Below are positions 13,075 through 25,362 of a stretch of 64,000 bases of DNA, in pieces. Each line of letters begins with the position of its first letter. Position 1 is the first letter of the stretch. The stretch comes from Lama glama (taxonomy: Eukaryota), in assembly GCA_028534125.1 (NCBI GenBank), contig CM052817.1, positions 34,102,001 through 34,166,000 of the forward strand. Reading direction: 5' to 3'. The notes beneath the pieces are model-generated. The model ran no database searches. It was not told the origin of the DNA and was given only the letters and a program-made list of their open reading frames with translations. Both the position numbers and the translations under genes were made by a program.

Positions 13075-13198
13075 TTTTGAGAAGATAGACTCTGGAGCTA
13101 GACTACTGAGAACTGAATTCAATTCCATCACTTGATCAGATATGTGTCTTTTGGCAAGTTACTTAACCTCTCTGTTTTTCCATCTGAAAAATGGGGTT
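13075..13198 (+). mobile_element. MIR SINE fragment
   Basis: gactctggagctagact...ttggcaagttacttaacctctctg...catctgaaaaatgggg. Confidence 0.8.
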
Positions 13199-13199
13199 G

Positions 13200-13656
13200 A
13201 AAGCAGCCAAAATCTGGAAATAATCCAAGTGCCCCCAGTGGATGAATGGATAAACAAACTGTGGTATATACAAATGGTGGAATATTACTCAGCCATAAAA
13301 AGGAATGACATACTGATACATGCTACAACATGGATGAACCTTGAAAACATGCTAAGTGAAAGAAGCCAGCCACAAAAGCTCACATATTATCTCATTCTAT
13401 TTATATGGAATGCCCAGGAGAGGTAAATCCATAGAGACAGAAGGCAGATTGCCTTCTTAGCCAGGGGCTAAGAGGAGGAGTCATGGGATCCACTTCTTAA
13501 TGGGTACAGGGTTTTCTTTCGGGGTTGATGAAAATGTTTTGATGAAACAAGATAGAACTGGTGGTTGTATAACACTGTGAATGTACTAAAAGCCTCTGAA
13601 TTGTACACTTTAAGATGGTTAATTTTATCTTGATTGAACTTTACCTCAATAAAAAT
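13200..13656 (+). mobile_element. L1MB-type 3' end
   Basis: DEWINKLWYIQMVEYYSAIKRNDILIHATTWMNLENMLSERSQ in supplied ORF; 3'UTR ctgaattgtacacttt. Confidence 0.9.
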
Positions 13657-13659
13657 ATT

Positions 13660-14490
13660 CATTGAATATGTTAAACAGAAGATTTGGCACAGCTGAGCAG
13701 TAAGTTAGTGAAATGGAAAATAGATCTCATTAAATTATCCAGGATGTTGCAGAAAGATGAGATATGCAAGACAAGTTAAAATACACAGAGATAGAACGAG
13801 AGGGTCCAGAGTTCTAGAAAGAGATAAAAGATAAAATGGGAAGAGGCGTATTTGAAGCAAAAATGACAGAATTTTCGAGAAATGTTTTGTTGAAAGACTC
13901 GAAACCTCGTAACAAGGAAGCCCAAAAAGTCCCAAGAAGAATAAATAAAAGGAAATGCACACCTAGGAATATTCTAGTAAAACAGTAGAATGCCTAAGGC
14001 AAAAAGAAGAGGCAGCCAGAAAATAAAAGCCACTTCTGAAGCAATGATAATCAGACCCTGGCTGGCTTCTCGACAGTAGTAATGAAAGACAAAACACGCA
14101 GCGTGCTGAAAGAAAAAGCACTACCAGTGTCGACTTTCAAAGAAAGCAAAAATAACTTTCAATAATGAAGGCAAAATTTGGACAAACAAAAAAAATTGAG
14201 AGTTTCACCACCAACAGATCTTTGCCCAAGAAAATCCTAAAAGATTCACTGCAAGGAAAAAAATTCCAGATATTAGTAAATCTTGGGTAAATCTAAATGT
14301 AATTGACTGGATAAAACACTAAGTTAATGTATAAAATGTGTGATTAAATAAAACGTATAACTAAAATACTTAACATGGTTGCATTTAAATTGTGGAGAAG
14401 GTGATAAGGGTTAAAGTGTTCTGAGGACTTACACTGCCTGGGAGGAGTGTAAAGATATGAAGTATGGTAAAATACCCCGAGTAGCTACTG
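13660..14490 (+). mobile_element. Old L1 (L1M) ORF1-region fragment
   Basis: A-rich degenerate L1 ORF1-like text (aagaataaataaaaggaaatgcacacctagg...atcagaccctggctggcttctc...gcgtgctgaaagaaaa). Confidence 0.65.
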
Positions 14491-14504
14491 AAAGGAGACT
14501 TCTA

Positions 14505-15040
14505 GCTGTCCCTGACATCCATTGTCCCTTTCGTATGCAATAATGAAACTGTATTTTTTATCTGCCCACATGTCCATTTTTTCAGCCTTGAGGCTGCAGT
14601 GACCGAGGTGCGGTGGGTGGCGTTTTTATTCCCATATATACGGTGCCTCTCCTTGTGGGAGGATTTTACCTCCCCACCCCACTGACACCAGGTTTGGCCA
14701 TGTAATTTGTAGTGTCTGTCCTTTGAGAGGATTCTGTTTCCACACTCTGATAATGTCAGGCTTGGCCATAACCTTTTTAAGACAATAAACTGTCTGTGGA
14801 AGTAAACTGTGTCACTTTCTGAGCAGAGGTTTTCAAAGTCACCATGAAGTTCTACCATCTCTCTCTTCCTTCAGCTACGCCCTTAGCAATGCTCCAAGAA
14901 GGGACTGCTCCTTCAGCCTGGGCCCAAGAACAAAAAGGCAAAGCTGAAATGGACAGGTAATGTGAATGAGAAATAAACCCACGGGAAAGCCACTTAGATT
15001 TTGGAGTTGCAGCTGCATTAGTGCAGCGTAACTTAATCTC
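14505..15040 (+). mobile_element. MaLR LTR (old MLT1)
   Basis: caggcttggccat...gtgtcacttt...ctccttcagcctggg...gtgaatgagaaataaacc...aagccacttagattttggag. Confidence 0.7.
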
Positions 15041-15687
15041 AGGTGAGTAAATGCCTCAGAACAAAGTGCTCCTAACACACCAACAACAAATAAACAAACA
15101 AAACCTCACATTTACAGTCTATGGCACTGGCTTTCAGAATGTGGAGTATGTGGCTCGGAAATGTTAGCAGAGGCTAAAAAGATGATAATACGCATTAAGC
15201 AGTGGCGAAACATTGACCAACACTGCTGCCTGTGCTAATTTAAGAGGCAAATTAGGTGCCCGGTGAGCTTATGATTTAAGCCAAAGAATGTGGGAAAACA
15301 GGATGGGATTCTAAATTGTATATTACCAAAACGTAGCTCAGTCTAAGATGACCAACAGACTGAGCCATGTGACCAAATATGTCAGTAGTCCTAAGAAAGT
15401 AAGTAGACTCAACTCTACATTGAAAAGACACAGATCTTCAGATTAGAGGTTTTTAAAACTCTAGCTAGATGCTACCAGAGACATAATTAAAGCATAAAGA
15501 CATTGCAGAGGCTGAAAATATGAGGGAAGAAGACAGGGAAGACCCGTAAGAGCAAAGGAAAGCTGATATAAATGTCCAGCTTTACGTTCTTTAACTGCAT
15601 AGACCCGGCTAGAGTAGTCTCAAACACGACAAAGTTCACTTAAAAGTAAACACTGCAATTCCCATTCAAAAACAGCCTTAAAAGCAT

Positions 15688-16115
15688 TTGTTAGGGGGTG
15701 AATCATGCCTCTCCAGAATTCATGTTAAGTCGTGTTCCCAATGCTTTATGATGAGACTGTATTTGGAGAAAGGATCTTTAAAGAGACAATTAAGTTTAAA
15801 CGAAGTCATTAGGGTAGGACCGAATCCAATTTACTAGTATCCTTATAAGATGAGGAAATTTGGATCCAAAGAGACACCAGGGATGCGTGGGCACAGAGAA
15901 AAGCCCATGAGGGGACACAAGGAGAAACAGCCATCTACCAACCAAAGAGAGAGACCTCAGGAGGAATCAACACTGCTGCCACCTTGATCTTGAATTTCCA
16001 GTCTCCAGAACTTTGAGTAAATAACTTTCTGTTATTTGAGCCACCTAGTCTGTGACTTTGTTTGTGGTACCCGGTTTGTAGCACTTTGTTATGGCATCCC
16101 GAGCAAAGTAATAGA
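15688..16115 (+). mobile_element. MaLR LTR (MLT1A/B-like)
   Basis: gactgtatttggagaaagg...cagccatctacaaccaaagagagagacctcag...accttgatcttgaatttccagtctccagaact. Confidence 0.9.
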
Positions 16116-17269
16116 GCCTTAAATAATAGTAATTAACAGAGGTAGTAACGATAATGTCATACCCCAGATCTTTTCAGGCCATTTCCTTTGGAGAATTCCA
16201 AAGATCAAGAAAACCACCATGTGCAACGGGAAGATGTCTTCTGGCAACTCCCTCCTTACAAAGGCGCTTTTAATAATGGGTCTTGGCACAGAAGTAACCA
16301 GTATCGTGCCCTGGAGCGGGTCTCACCATTGTCCGCCTCTGTGGGCAGCCGAAGAGAGCCAAAGATGCAATGCTGTCCGAGGGAGTGCTATCCGGGAGGA
16401 CGTTGCTAAAGAAAACAGGGGCTCTGGCTCCTGGATTTGTCATTCTGACCGAGTTTCATCGCTAACATTTATAAGAAAAGAAAATGCTCTTTCTTTCCCA
16501 TCACATTGGACTGGAGCCAAATATGATTCTCCATGCTGAAGGCATTGGGTAATAGCAATATCATAATAATCGCTTTAGAGAACATTTCTCTCCTACCATC
16601 TCTGACTGAACATATTTGGATTCCAAAGACAGCATTAGGGGGTGAGAACATTTGTCCTTTAAAGACTTCAATTCCAGGACTTCAGCTGCTCCCTGGTTTT
16701 GTCATTTGTTATTCATGTGCGTTAATCAAATTGTTCAAATATTTTTATTTCTGCCTATAAATGGACTCATTTAGAAACTCTTCATAGCATCTCCAAGCTA
16801 ATTATTTACTAAAAAAGATTTCTTTCATTTTTTCATTTTCTCATCTTTCTTCTTTCATCATCGAGGTCATGTTTCTCATCTGAAACCTCAGTGTGTGCTA
16901 ACTTTACCTTTTTATAAATTCATATATTGAGGGCATTTTGTTTTGCTCCAGTGTTTTCCCCGCTGGGAAGGGAAGGTTGTATTTATAGGCGCCTATAAAT
17001 GCAAGGCTTTGTTCGGCTGATCCTTTCTGCCTTCTCACCCCCTCGGGGTGATGGCTAGAAATCTGCGCAATCCTTGTTTTTTAAAAAAATAAAGAATGAA
17101 AGACAATATGATACAGTTGGTCTCTGTTGATTACTTAAGGAGTCTGGTGACTGAAAGTCCTGATCAAAGGCACTGGACAATAAAAGCCAAGCTTGTGAGG
17201 GGAGAGGCTGGAGGCAACAGGATTTAAGAAAGAATGACAGAGCTTCTCCAGTCTTACCTAATAATTTCT

Positions 17270-17465
17270 TCTTCATTTTATTCTTATTTTTATTGAAGTG
17301 TAGTCGATTTACAGTGTTAGTTTCAGGTGTACAGCAAAGCAATTCAGTTATGCATGTACATACATGCGTACATATTTTCCTTCTGTTTCTCTTCCATTAC
17401 AGCTCATTACAAGAAGCTGAATATAGTTCCTTGTGCTCTCTGGTAGGTCCTTGCTTCTTATCCAC
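17270..17465 (-). mobile_element. Short young L1 3' end
   Basis: ttattgaagtgtagtcgatttacagtgttagtttcaggtgtacagc...tgaatatagttcc. Confidence 0.85.
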
Positions 17466-17749
17466 GTCACATGTGCTTTCTTCCTTCCCTTATTTCCTTC
17501 TTTCCTCTCTGCCCTCTGGTCTTCCTCCTGCTCTCTGTTTTTCTGCATTTCATTTTCTCCTTCCTTCTTTCCTGCAAAGAACACTGTATGATTGAACCAT
17601 AGGCCAGAAGTGGTCAAGTATCAGCAATTTCACATACTTCCACCTAATATAACAAACAAAATTCAAGATTTAAGGCTTCTATATACCAAGAAAAGAGAAT
17701 AACAGCATAATATTATTGTAAGAAAATAGAAGTTTTTCCTTATTTGAGA

Positions 17750-17980
17750 AAGCAACATGGTTTAGCACTGGCTGTGGATTTAGCTGGGCCTGAATGGAAT
17801 CCGAGTTCCATAGCATGCTTGTTACAAAACTTTGATCAAGTGACTTTGCCCCTCTGAGCCTCAGTTTCCTTATCTGTAAAATGGGGATTCTGGTCCCAAT
17901 TCTTATAGGATTTATCTGAAAATCAAAGGTAAGCATGAAAAGGCATACTCCCTCATAAAGTGAGTGGTCTGACACATATA
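17750..17980 (+). mobile_element. MIR SINE
   Basis: ctctgagcctcagtttccttatctgtaaaatgggg core. Confidence 0.85.
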
Positions 17981-18597
17981 TGTGTCTAACTATTTCATGG
18001 TGTGTTTAGATGCTTTGGTGATGAGAAAATGCAAATGAATTCAAAAGCATTACTGAATACTTGTAGCTCTGAGTCTGTATCCACAGGCTGATTCAGAAAG
18101 AATAGAGCACATTGGGGAAAAAAGCGTGTTATTTAGTGACTAGCAAACGTAGCGTTAGCACCAGCTTGTGAGCGCTCACATTTCACCTGTCTTGAGAAAA
18201 CCATGAATCATTTTTGTGTCACATTCAGCACTGCCCCAAGAAGGCAATAAAGAAGGTGGGCTGAGAGAACTCTGTTCCCCAGGCCGTGATCTGGCATCTT
18301 CTCTGTAAACGATGGGGGAGGAGACCTTCTCGCACCCACTGCTGGCAGTGATGGAGGCAGATAAGGTGAAATGTTAAAACTTCAGCTGCTGTTTTCAGGT
18401 TCACATGAAAGACAGAGTTGACTTTGCAGATTGTCTCAGATTCGGTGAGAAGGCCACGCTGATTTAACCAAAACAGTTCATCTCCAAGCATCCACCTGTG
18501 GGGCGCCGGGAACCAGCAGGTGGTGATTGAACATGGAAGGGATTCCCCAATAGTTCACACCTTTTGTGACAGATCACACATGGGGCTGTGGGCCATT

Positions 18598-18616
18598 GTG
18601 TGAGTGTGAGCGTGTG

Positions 18617-18650
<34 letters not shown>
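18598..18650. repeat. (TG)n microsatellite with TGAG/CG interruptions
   Basis: Direct reading. Confidence 0.95.
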
Positions 18651-18654
<4 letters not shown>

Positions 18655-19123
18655 TGAATGTGAAGAACAGTGGCAGGAGTCAAAAGCCAGGACACACTGA
18701 AAGGTTTTTCCTACGGCTTCAGGAAGTCCTTGGAAACCTCATTTTCCAGCAGGAGAGGCTCCCCTCACTTCCGTGGTGCAGTCCAGAATTTCGTTCAGGA
18801 ATATATTCCAGGACACTGGGTAGGACTTTCTTTTTAAATATTGACTTAACTCTGGGATAGCGGCCACCAGGGCTCAGATCATCACACCACTGACGTCGTG
18901 TGGGGCTAGGTCAGGGATCTCGCAGTCCTGAGGGAGTGCAGAAAGGTTGCCATTTCAAGCCCCCCGAGTCTAGGGTGAATGGACATGAGCAGCATAAGCT
19001 GAGCAGCTTCCTGGTTGTAGACATGATTGTGAGAGGTCCTTTACAACCCTGGTTTCAACTACGGGCCACCCAGTAGCTTGACTGCCCAGCCATGTGCCTT
19101 CAGTAATTCTGGGGTCACTCTTC

Positions 19124-19147
19124 ATTTTCTCAGTCGACAGCTCCTCA
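19124..19147 (+). repeat. 24-bp dispersed repeat copy 1 (ATTTTCTCAGTCGACAGCTCCTCA)
   Basis: Identical to 32046-32069. Confidence 0.95.
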
Positions 19148-19661
19148 CACTCTCCTGCAGGTGTCTGAAGGATTCTGGAGATTGAAAAGAAAATTCACAT
19201 ACTCAAGGAAGTTGGGATCCCCTGCCGGAGGCTGCTTGACTGAGCCTGGGTCTCTCTCACCCTGCATCTGAACTAACCTGCTGTTCAGGCCTGATGTTTG
19301 CCCCAGGGGGAACTTCATGAACTGTGTTCCACCATCACGGGAACCTAGTTTCCTAGAACAGTGAGTCCCTGTTCCTCCTTCTGGCTTCTCAGCACACAGA
19401 TCATCCTTTACAGGAATCACCGCCAACCACATGGCACCATTTCCCCTGGTCTGGCGTGGAGACTTGTTTATTAAGAGAAGAAAATCTTTCGCCTTTAACA
19501 TGATGACCCTATGAGAAATTCCAGCCCACAGCAGCCAAAACTGAGGAGAAAAATGACCAAGCCTGGGTTGTCCAGCCCCTTCCTCCAACAGATAGCCCTG
19601 TCCAGCCCTGGGAAAACTGGGTAGCACAGCCTGTTTCCCTGGCCTCACTGCGCACACCTAC

Positions 19662-19762
19662 CTGCAGACGCCCCGTGACACCTCGCGGCCTTGGCCCTGC
19701 TGCAGGCCCTGCTCTCGAGGCCTCCGGATGCCATCATCCTGGAAGACTCTTCGCAGCTCCAG
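19662..19762 (-). other. Candidate internal exon (101 nt), minus strand
   Basis: Acceptor cctcctttcag|CTG and donor CAG|gtaggt; GC/CpG-rich; open frame LELRRVFQDDGIRRPREQ...; no homology recognised. Confidence 0.2.
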
Positions 19763-20528
19763 CTGAAAGGAGGCCGCAGCACACATGGCCTCCCACAACC
19801 CACATCAGAATCGAGAAATGTTCTGGCCACCAGTGTTCTCTTATTTGTGGTTATTTCTTGCTTCTCATTTTGCAGCCGGCACCAAACCCCCCTGCAAGAG
19901 GATACTGCCTCACAAGTTGACAGCTCTCAGAGGGGAAAATGTCTAAACTCAGCAAACTGCCTGGGCTCATTCCTAGAAGCAATTCAGGTCATATAACAAA
20001 AAGGTGCACTGAAGATGCATTTCTTGGAGCAAATCTGTCATAGGACAGAAAAGCGTGTGGCCTGCCCCACCACCTCGTTGGCGGCATCTCCTGGCCTCCT
20101 GCCCCCAAGCCTTCTTCCTCTTTTCCCTCTGCCTAAGTGCTGCTTTATCCTGTTGCTGGTGCTGCCACCACTATGACCGTCCTTGTGTTGTGGGCGCCCA
20201 TTGTGTGGCCGGTGTTTTGCCCAGGGGAGGGCCTCACGCTGGCTCGGTGGACTCAAAGTGCCAAGGCTGCCGAAGGAAGATTGTCTGACCACAATCCACC
20301 TGGCATCCATCAAAGACAAATAAACAAGCTGTGCTTATCACCAGGCTGCCTGGCGTAGCCAAACTGTAAATTACATCCGTAACGGACCGCCTCAGCTGCG
20401 TCATGTGGTCCAGGCCAGGCCCCTGCCGGTCCTCCGTTTTAACTGCTCTGTGTGGAGTTGAGTGTCACCCACCACAGCTTCAGCTTGGGTGTGGACACTG
20501 TTTCATTTTGTCCTTTTAAAGTTGGAAT

Positions 20529-20532
<4 letters not shown>

Positions 20533-20569
<37 letters not shown>
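20533..20569. repeat. (CA)n microsatellite
   Basis: Direct reading. Confidence 0.95.
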
Positions 20570-20570
<1 letters not shown>

Positions 20571-20813
20571 CTGACAGCAAACAGGTCAAAATACGAACAG
20601 TGGTTGCCTTTGCCTGGTGACTATGGGCACTTTTTTCCTTTATATGGCTTTTTATTTTCCAAAGTTTCTTTAATGAGGGCTTAATCATTTCTATACTTAA
20701 AAAAATGAACAGATAGTTTTATTTTAAAAATTTCAGAAATCAAAAATTCTAACTTCTCTGTGGGTAAAGAGGTGGAAAATAAGGTGGGCTGAGTTTAAAG
20801 AGCAGGCGAATTC

Positions 20814-21088
20814 AGAAACAGACTTGAAGAGATAGGAAACAAACTTGTGGTCGCCAAAGAAGAGAGAAAAGGTGGGAGGGACAAATGAGGGGGATGGGAT
20901 GAACAGATACCTACTAATACATTATAAAATAGAGGAGCCACAGGATATACCGCATAGCACAGGGAACTACAGCTTTATCTTGTAATAACCTGTGATGGAG
21001 TATAAACTGCAAAAATTCTGAATCACTATGCTGTACACCTGAAACTAACACAAGCTTGTAAATCAACTATACTTCAATGAAAAAGAAA
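20814..21088 (+). mobile_element. Short L1 3'UTR insertion with degenerate TSD
   Basis: agaaacagac...agcacagggaactac...ctgtacacctgaaactaacac; flanks aagagcaggcgaattc / aacagtgggtgaattc. Confidence 0.85.
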
Positions 21089-22680
21089 ACAGTGGGTGAA
21101 TTCTGACTGTATCAGAGCAGAGCAGCCGGGTGAGTCAGAGCCCAGTTGCAGCTCCAGCAAACCATCCCCAGCAGAGCCATCTTAGCCTCCAGCCCCGTGT
21201 CCTATCACACTGTCACACAGCCGGCACACTCCGGCTTCCTGCGGAACAGTGCTGATCTTCCTGCAGAATTTCAAGCCAAGAGGGCTGATGTCGAAGTGCT
21301 TTCTCCTTTTCGCCGTTACCACACCTCTGCCAACTTTGCCTAAGGGAACAGCAATCCAGGACCTCCTGGAGTGAAGGCTGAGGTCTCTTCAGTTATTTTT
21401 GTTACAGCCTTCGGCTCTTCCTGCTTTTCTCATCCATCTCACAGGGGAGTGAGCCAGAGCCAAACTGGTTTATCACCTCGCACTGTGCCTTACTCAAGTT
21501 TATGCAACAGAGGGCAGATCTTTGTCAGCACCTGTGTCCACTTGGGCAAAGCAATCAGGTCACTCCCATCCATCACTTTTAGGAGACCAGTCTACACCGT
21601 ACCTGACAGAGTCAGCTGAAAGGCCTGCTTGTTTTAGGAATTGTGTAGACACACTTCTCATCAGAACATCATTCACTTCTGTAGGAAAATAAACCAGCCA
21701 TGCTGATTGTGTATTTCAAGTATAGCTGTGATCATAATATTGGAATCATTCACTTTCAATCTGATTGACTTGGCCCCTGACTTGAGCCTGAGGATGGGGA
21801 AACTCTCAAAGATAAATGGGTGCACCATTCAAAACATATTTTCAATAGAAAGGTTAAGTTTTTTTTCATTTTAGGAGTTATTTCAGAGAATTTACTCTAT
21901 CGAATTTCAAGAAGTTAATTTTGAGCTCTGAGAAAGGAGACCCTCCTTTCTTGTCTGCTGGCTCCTAAAAATGGTTCTACCAAAATTCTGCCTGCAAAGA
22001 CGCTGCAGAGAGATAATACAAATAGAGGTTGTGAAGCCAGGAATCACGGGGGGAAATGCAAATCCGCAGGACTTTCAGCTCTGAGGCAGCATTCTCAAAT
22101 GCTGAAGTCAACTCCCATTCACCAGAGGCCCTCAGATCTGCACATCGATATGTGAAATTGGAGGCTAATATGCAGATATTGATTTCTCTAAGGGTGAGTG
22201 TCAATATTTACAATCCCAAGAGGTGGCAACGGATTGAGGCAAAACCAAAGTTGGCCTGGTGACTGCCAAGGTCATGGCAGAGCAATAATCACGCTCTTCA
22301 CCATGCTGCTCAAAGCCTCTGCCTCCAAGTGGTGCCCATTATTTAGCTGAAAAGCAAAAACCTTAGTTGGCGATTTGGACATTATCAACCTCTATCACCT
22401 AAGGGCTAGGTAATGTGACAGTCCAGTATTTACTAGATGTCTTCTACCACATAAGCTCCATCAAATTAAAATCATATTGAGGGATGGAGGCTTTTCTTAA
22501 ATTAATTGATCAGGACTACTATCTCCAAAATTGAGATGCTTCCACAGTGGTATGAGTCCCTGAGAAACGTTGTTATAATGCTGGGAGTAGGTCCCTTTTC
22601 TCCAGGATGAAAAGGGTAGACCAGAAGCTCAGAACACTTGGCTTCAAGGTAAAATCCATCCACATTAGGAAAATAAAGAG

Positions 22681-22820
22681 CAGTGATTCTTAACTCTGGC
22701 AGGACATCAGAATCCCAGCTCTAGAAATTCTGCTTGATTTAATTGATCTGTGCCGGGCGTGTATTTTTAAAAATGTGTCCCAGTGATTTTAATGTGCAGC
22801 CTGTACTAAAAACCACTGGT
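22681..22820. mobile_element. MER5A-like hAT MITE
   Basis: Ends cagtgattctt ... aaaaaccactg; internal ccagtgattttaatgtgcagcc. Confidence 0.7.
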
Positions 22821-24171
22821 ACAGCAAGGTCCTCCAAGTACATGTCCATCTTCTGTCTCTCCACCACATGCACCCCATAGCCTAGTCTTACGTTTGTACT
22901 TGCCTGTTTTCACTGCTTCTTTTAAGGAATTCCACACCCATATCTGGACACCACATCACCTCTTCTTCCTTCAAGCCACAAGTTGAAACCTCCTCTCCTT
23001 GTCTACGGAACTTTCTCTGACTTGGTCCCAACGCTTAAAACAGCTTTTGTCTTCTCCTACTAGACACACCTCAAGCAAAACACTCCTTCACCAGGGCAAT
23101 TGCAAGTTTACGGGTCCCTTTCCGCTGGGTGGCAGTGGGCTTTCTGAGACAAACAGCCATGCATTGGTCCCCTGGGTGTTTAAAGCATGACTACTCTGCT
23201 TAGTACTGCAAATCACCATAGCGACACAATAAATATCTGTTGGAAAGATGGACAAAATTGTAAGTTCATGTTTGGGATCAGGGTCTTTTAGAAATCAAGC
23301 AAGACAAAGATCATTTCTATATTTGGGGGCAACTAGAATATTTTAAAAATGAGAAAAAAAAAACCCAGTTCTTAGTTTGAGGCTCTCTGTGCACACAAGA
23401 CATGGACCAAATGTCCCCCGGCCCTCCTCCCTATGACATTCTCTTTAGGTTCAGTTGGGATAACTCAAATCATTTCAGCCCTGAATACCTCGCATGGTTC
23501 AGGGATACACAGAATGTAATTCTGTCCCTTGACTATGTCCCAATCAGAAGATGGATGAATGTCAAGACAGACAGTGTTAAAATTGTGAGGCGGGCTGTTT
23601 CTATTTGGGGAGAGGGTTCCTTCCTCACTCCTGTTTCAAGGCTCCCCACAGGCTTAGCCATTCTCCCAGTTCATATCCCCCCTTCTTTCCATTTACTTTA
23701 TCACTAAGTATGGAGTGAACACACTTTATATCATGATGTATCCTCGACACAAAATTGTGTACACAGAGATGAAACAGCTCAGAGGGATCAAAACTGTGTC
23801 AGTGTCAAAATGCACAGGAGATGGGCTTGTGGCTTGAAGAACATCTTGGAGACAGTAGTGGAGCCTTCGCTTAAGAAATGCCTTGTCATCAGCACTCGTG
23901 GAAGATAATTTTGTGTGAAAAATCATAGATTTTAATGACCCTGAGTATAAAAGTATTTTAAAAAGTTATACCCTGTGTGTGAAGAAGTTTCTCGAATACC
24001 TTACCACATGTATTTCACTTCTGATTTCCTTTTTATGTATACACAAAAGTTGTATTTGATGAAAAGTCTGTGTCTACATGAGGATTTGTTTAATATGCTT
24101 AAAATAAAAATTCAAAGCCTGGGTTATAATCTAATTTGCTATTTTCTTGGCGGTACATAAAATAATGGTGC

Positions 24172-25362
24172 TTGTATTGGTTTGCAAGGACTGCTGTAAC
24201 AAAGTACCACAAACTGGGCAGCTTACAGAGCAGAAATGTGTTTTCTCATAGTTCTGGAGGCTGTCAAAGATCAAGCTGTTGGCAGAGCTGATTTCTTCTG
24301 AGGCCTCTCTGTTCGGTTTGCAGAAGGCCATCTACTCCCTGCACTGTGGTCTTCTTTCTGTACCTGTCAGTGTCCAGATTCCCTCATCTTATAAAGATAC
24401 TGGTTATATTGGACTAGGGCCCATGCTGATGATTTCATTTTAACCTGATTACCTCTTTAAATACCTTATCTCCAGATACAGTTTTATTTATTTATTTATT
24501 TATTTATTTATATGAAAGTATAGTTGATTTACAGTATTGTGTTAATTTCTGGTGCATGGAAAATTGATTCATTTACGTATATGTATGTATATATATTCTT
24601 TTTCATTACAGGCCACTAAAAGGCATTGAATATAGTTTCCTGTGCTATACAGTAGGACCTTGCTGTTTATCTATTCTATATATAGTAGTTAGTATGTACA
24701 AATCCCCAGCTCCCAATTTGACCCTTTCTACCTTCTTTACCCCCTGGTAACTGTAAGTTTGTTTTCAATGTCTATGAATCTTTCTCTGTAAATAAGTTTA
24801 TTTGTGTCCTTTTTTTTTTTTTAGATTCCACATATGAGTGATATCATGTAGTATTTTTCCTTCTTTTTCTGGCTTACTTCACTTAGTATAATGATCTCCA
24901 GGTCCATCCATGTTGCTGCAAATGGCATTATTTTATTCCTTTTTATGGCTGAGTAGTATTCCTTTGTATATACATCTATATCTTCATCTATATCTATATA
25001 TCACAACTTCTTTATCTAGTCATCTGTTGATGGACATTTAGGTTGCTTCCATGCCTTGGCTATTGCAAACAGTGCAACTGTGAACACTGGGGTGCACATA
25101 TCTTTTTGAATTAGAGTATCCTCTGGATATATGCCCAAGAGTGGAATTTCTGGATCATAGGCTAAGTCTATTTTCAGTTTTTAAAGAAATCTCCATATTG
25201 TTTTCCATAATGGCTGCACCAAACTACAGTCTCACCAAAGTGTAGGAGGGTTCCCTTTTCCCTACACCCTCTCCAGCATTTCAGATACAGTTTATTTTGA
25301 GATACTGAGTGTTAAGACTTCAATAATAAATTTGAGGAGAACATGATGTGGAGCATAACACT
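24172..25362 (-). mobile_element. MaLR LTR (MLT1A-C like) split by an L1 insertion
   Basis: tgtattggtttgcaagg...aacaaagtaccacaaactggg...gttctggaggct to 24485, resumes at 25282 (gagatactgagtgttaagacttcaa...cataaca). Confidence 0.85.
24486..25281 (-). mobile_element. 5'-truncated young L1 with 13-bp TSD
   Basis: (TTTA)n tail, L1 3'UTR and ORF2 end; TSD cagatacagtttt at 24473-24485 and 25282-25294. Confidence 0.95.

Noticed and set aside
9805..13426. ORFs 9805..9987, 9934..10179, 11985..12194 and 13142..13426 as genes
   Set aside because: They are L1 ORF2/3'UTR remnants or their antisense
16178..16460. Exon-like unique segment after ttttcag
   Set aside because: Short ORFs with no recognisable product and no convincing donor site
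19145..20358. Several 60-170 aa ORFs in the GC-rich block
   Set aside because: Mutually overlapping on both strands with no homology recognised
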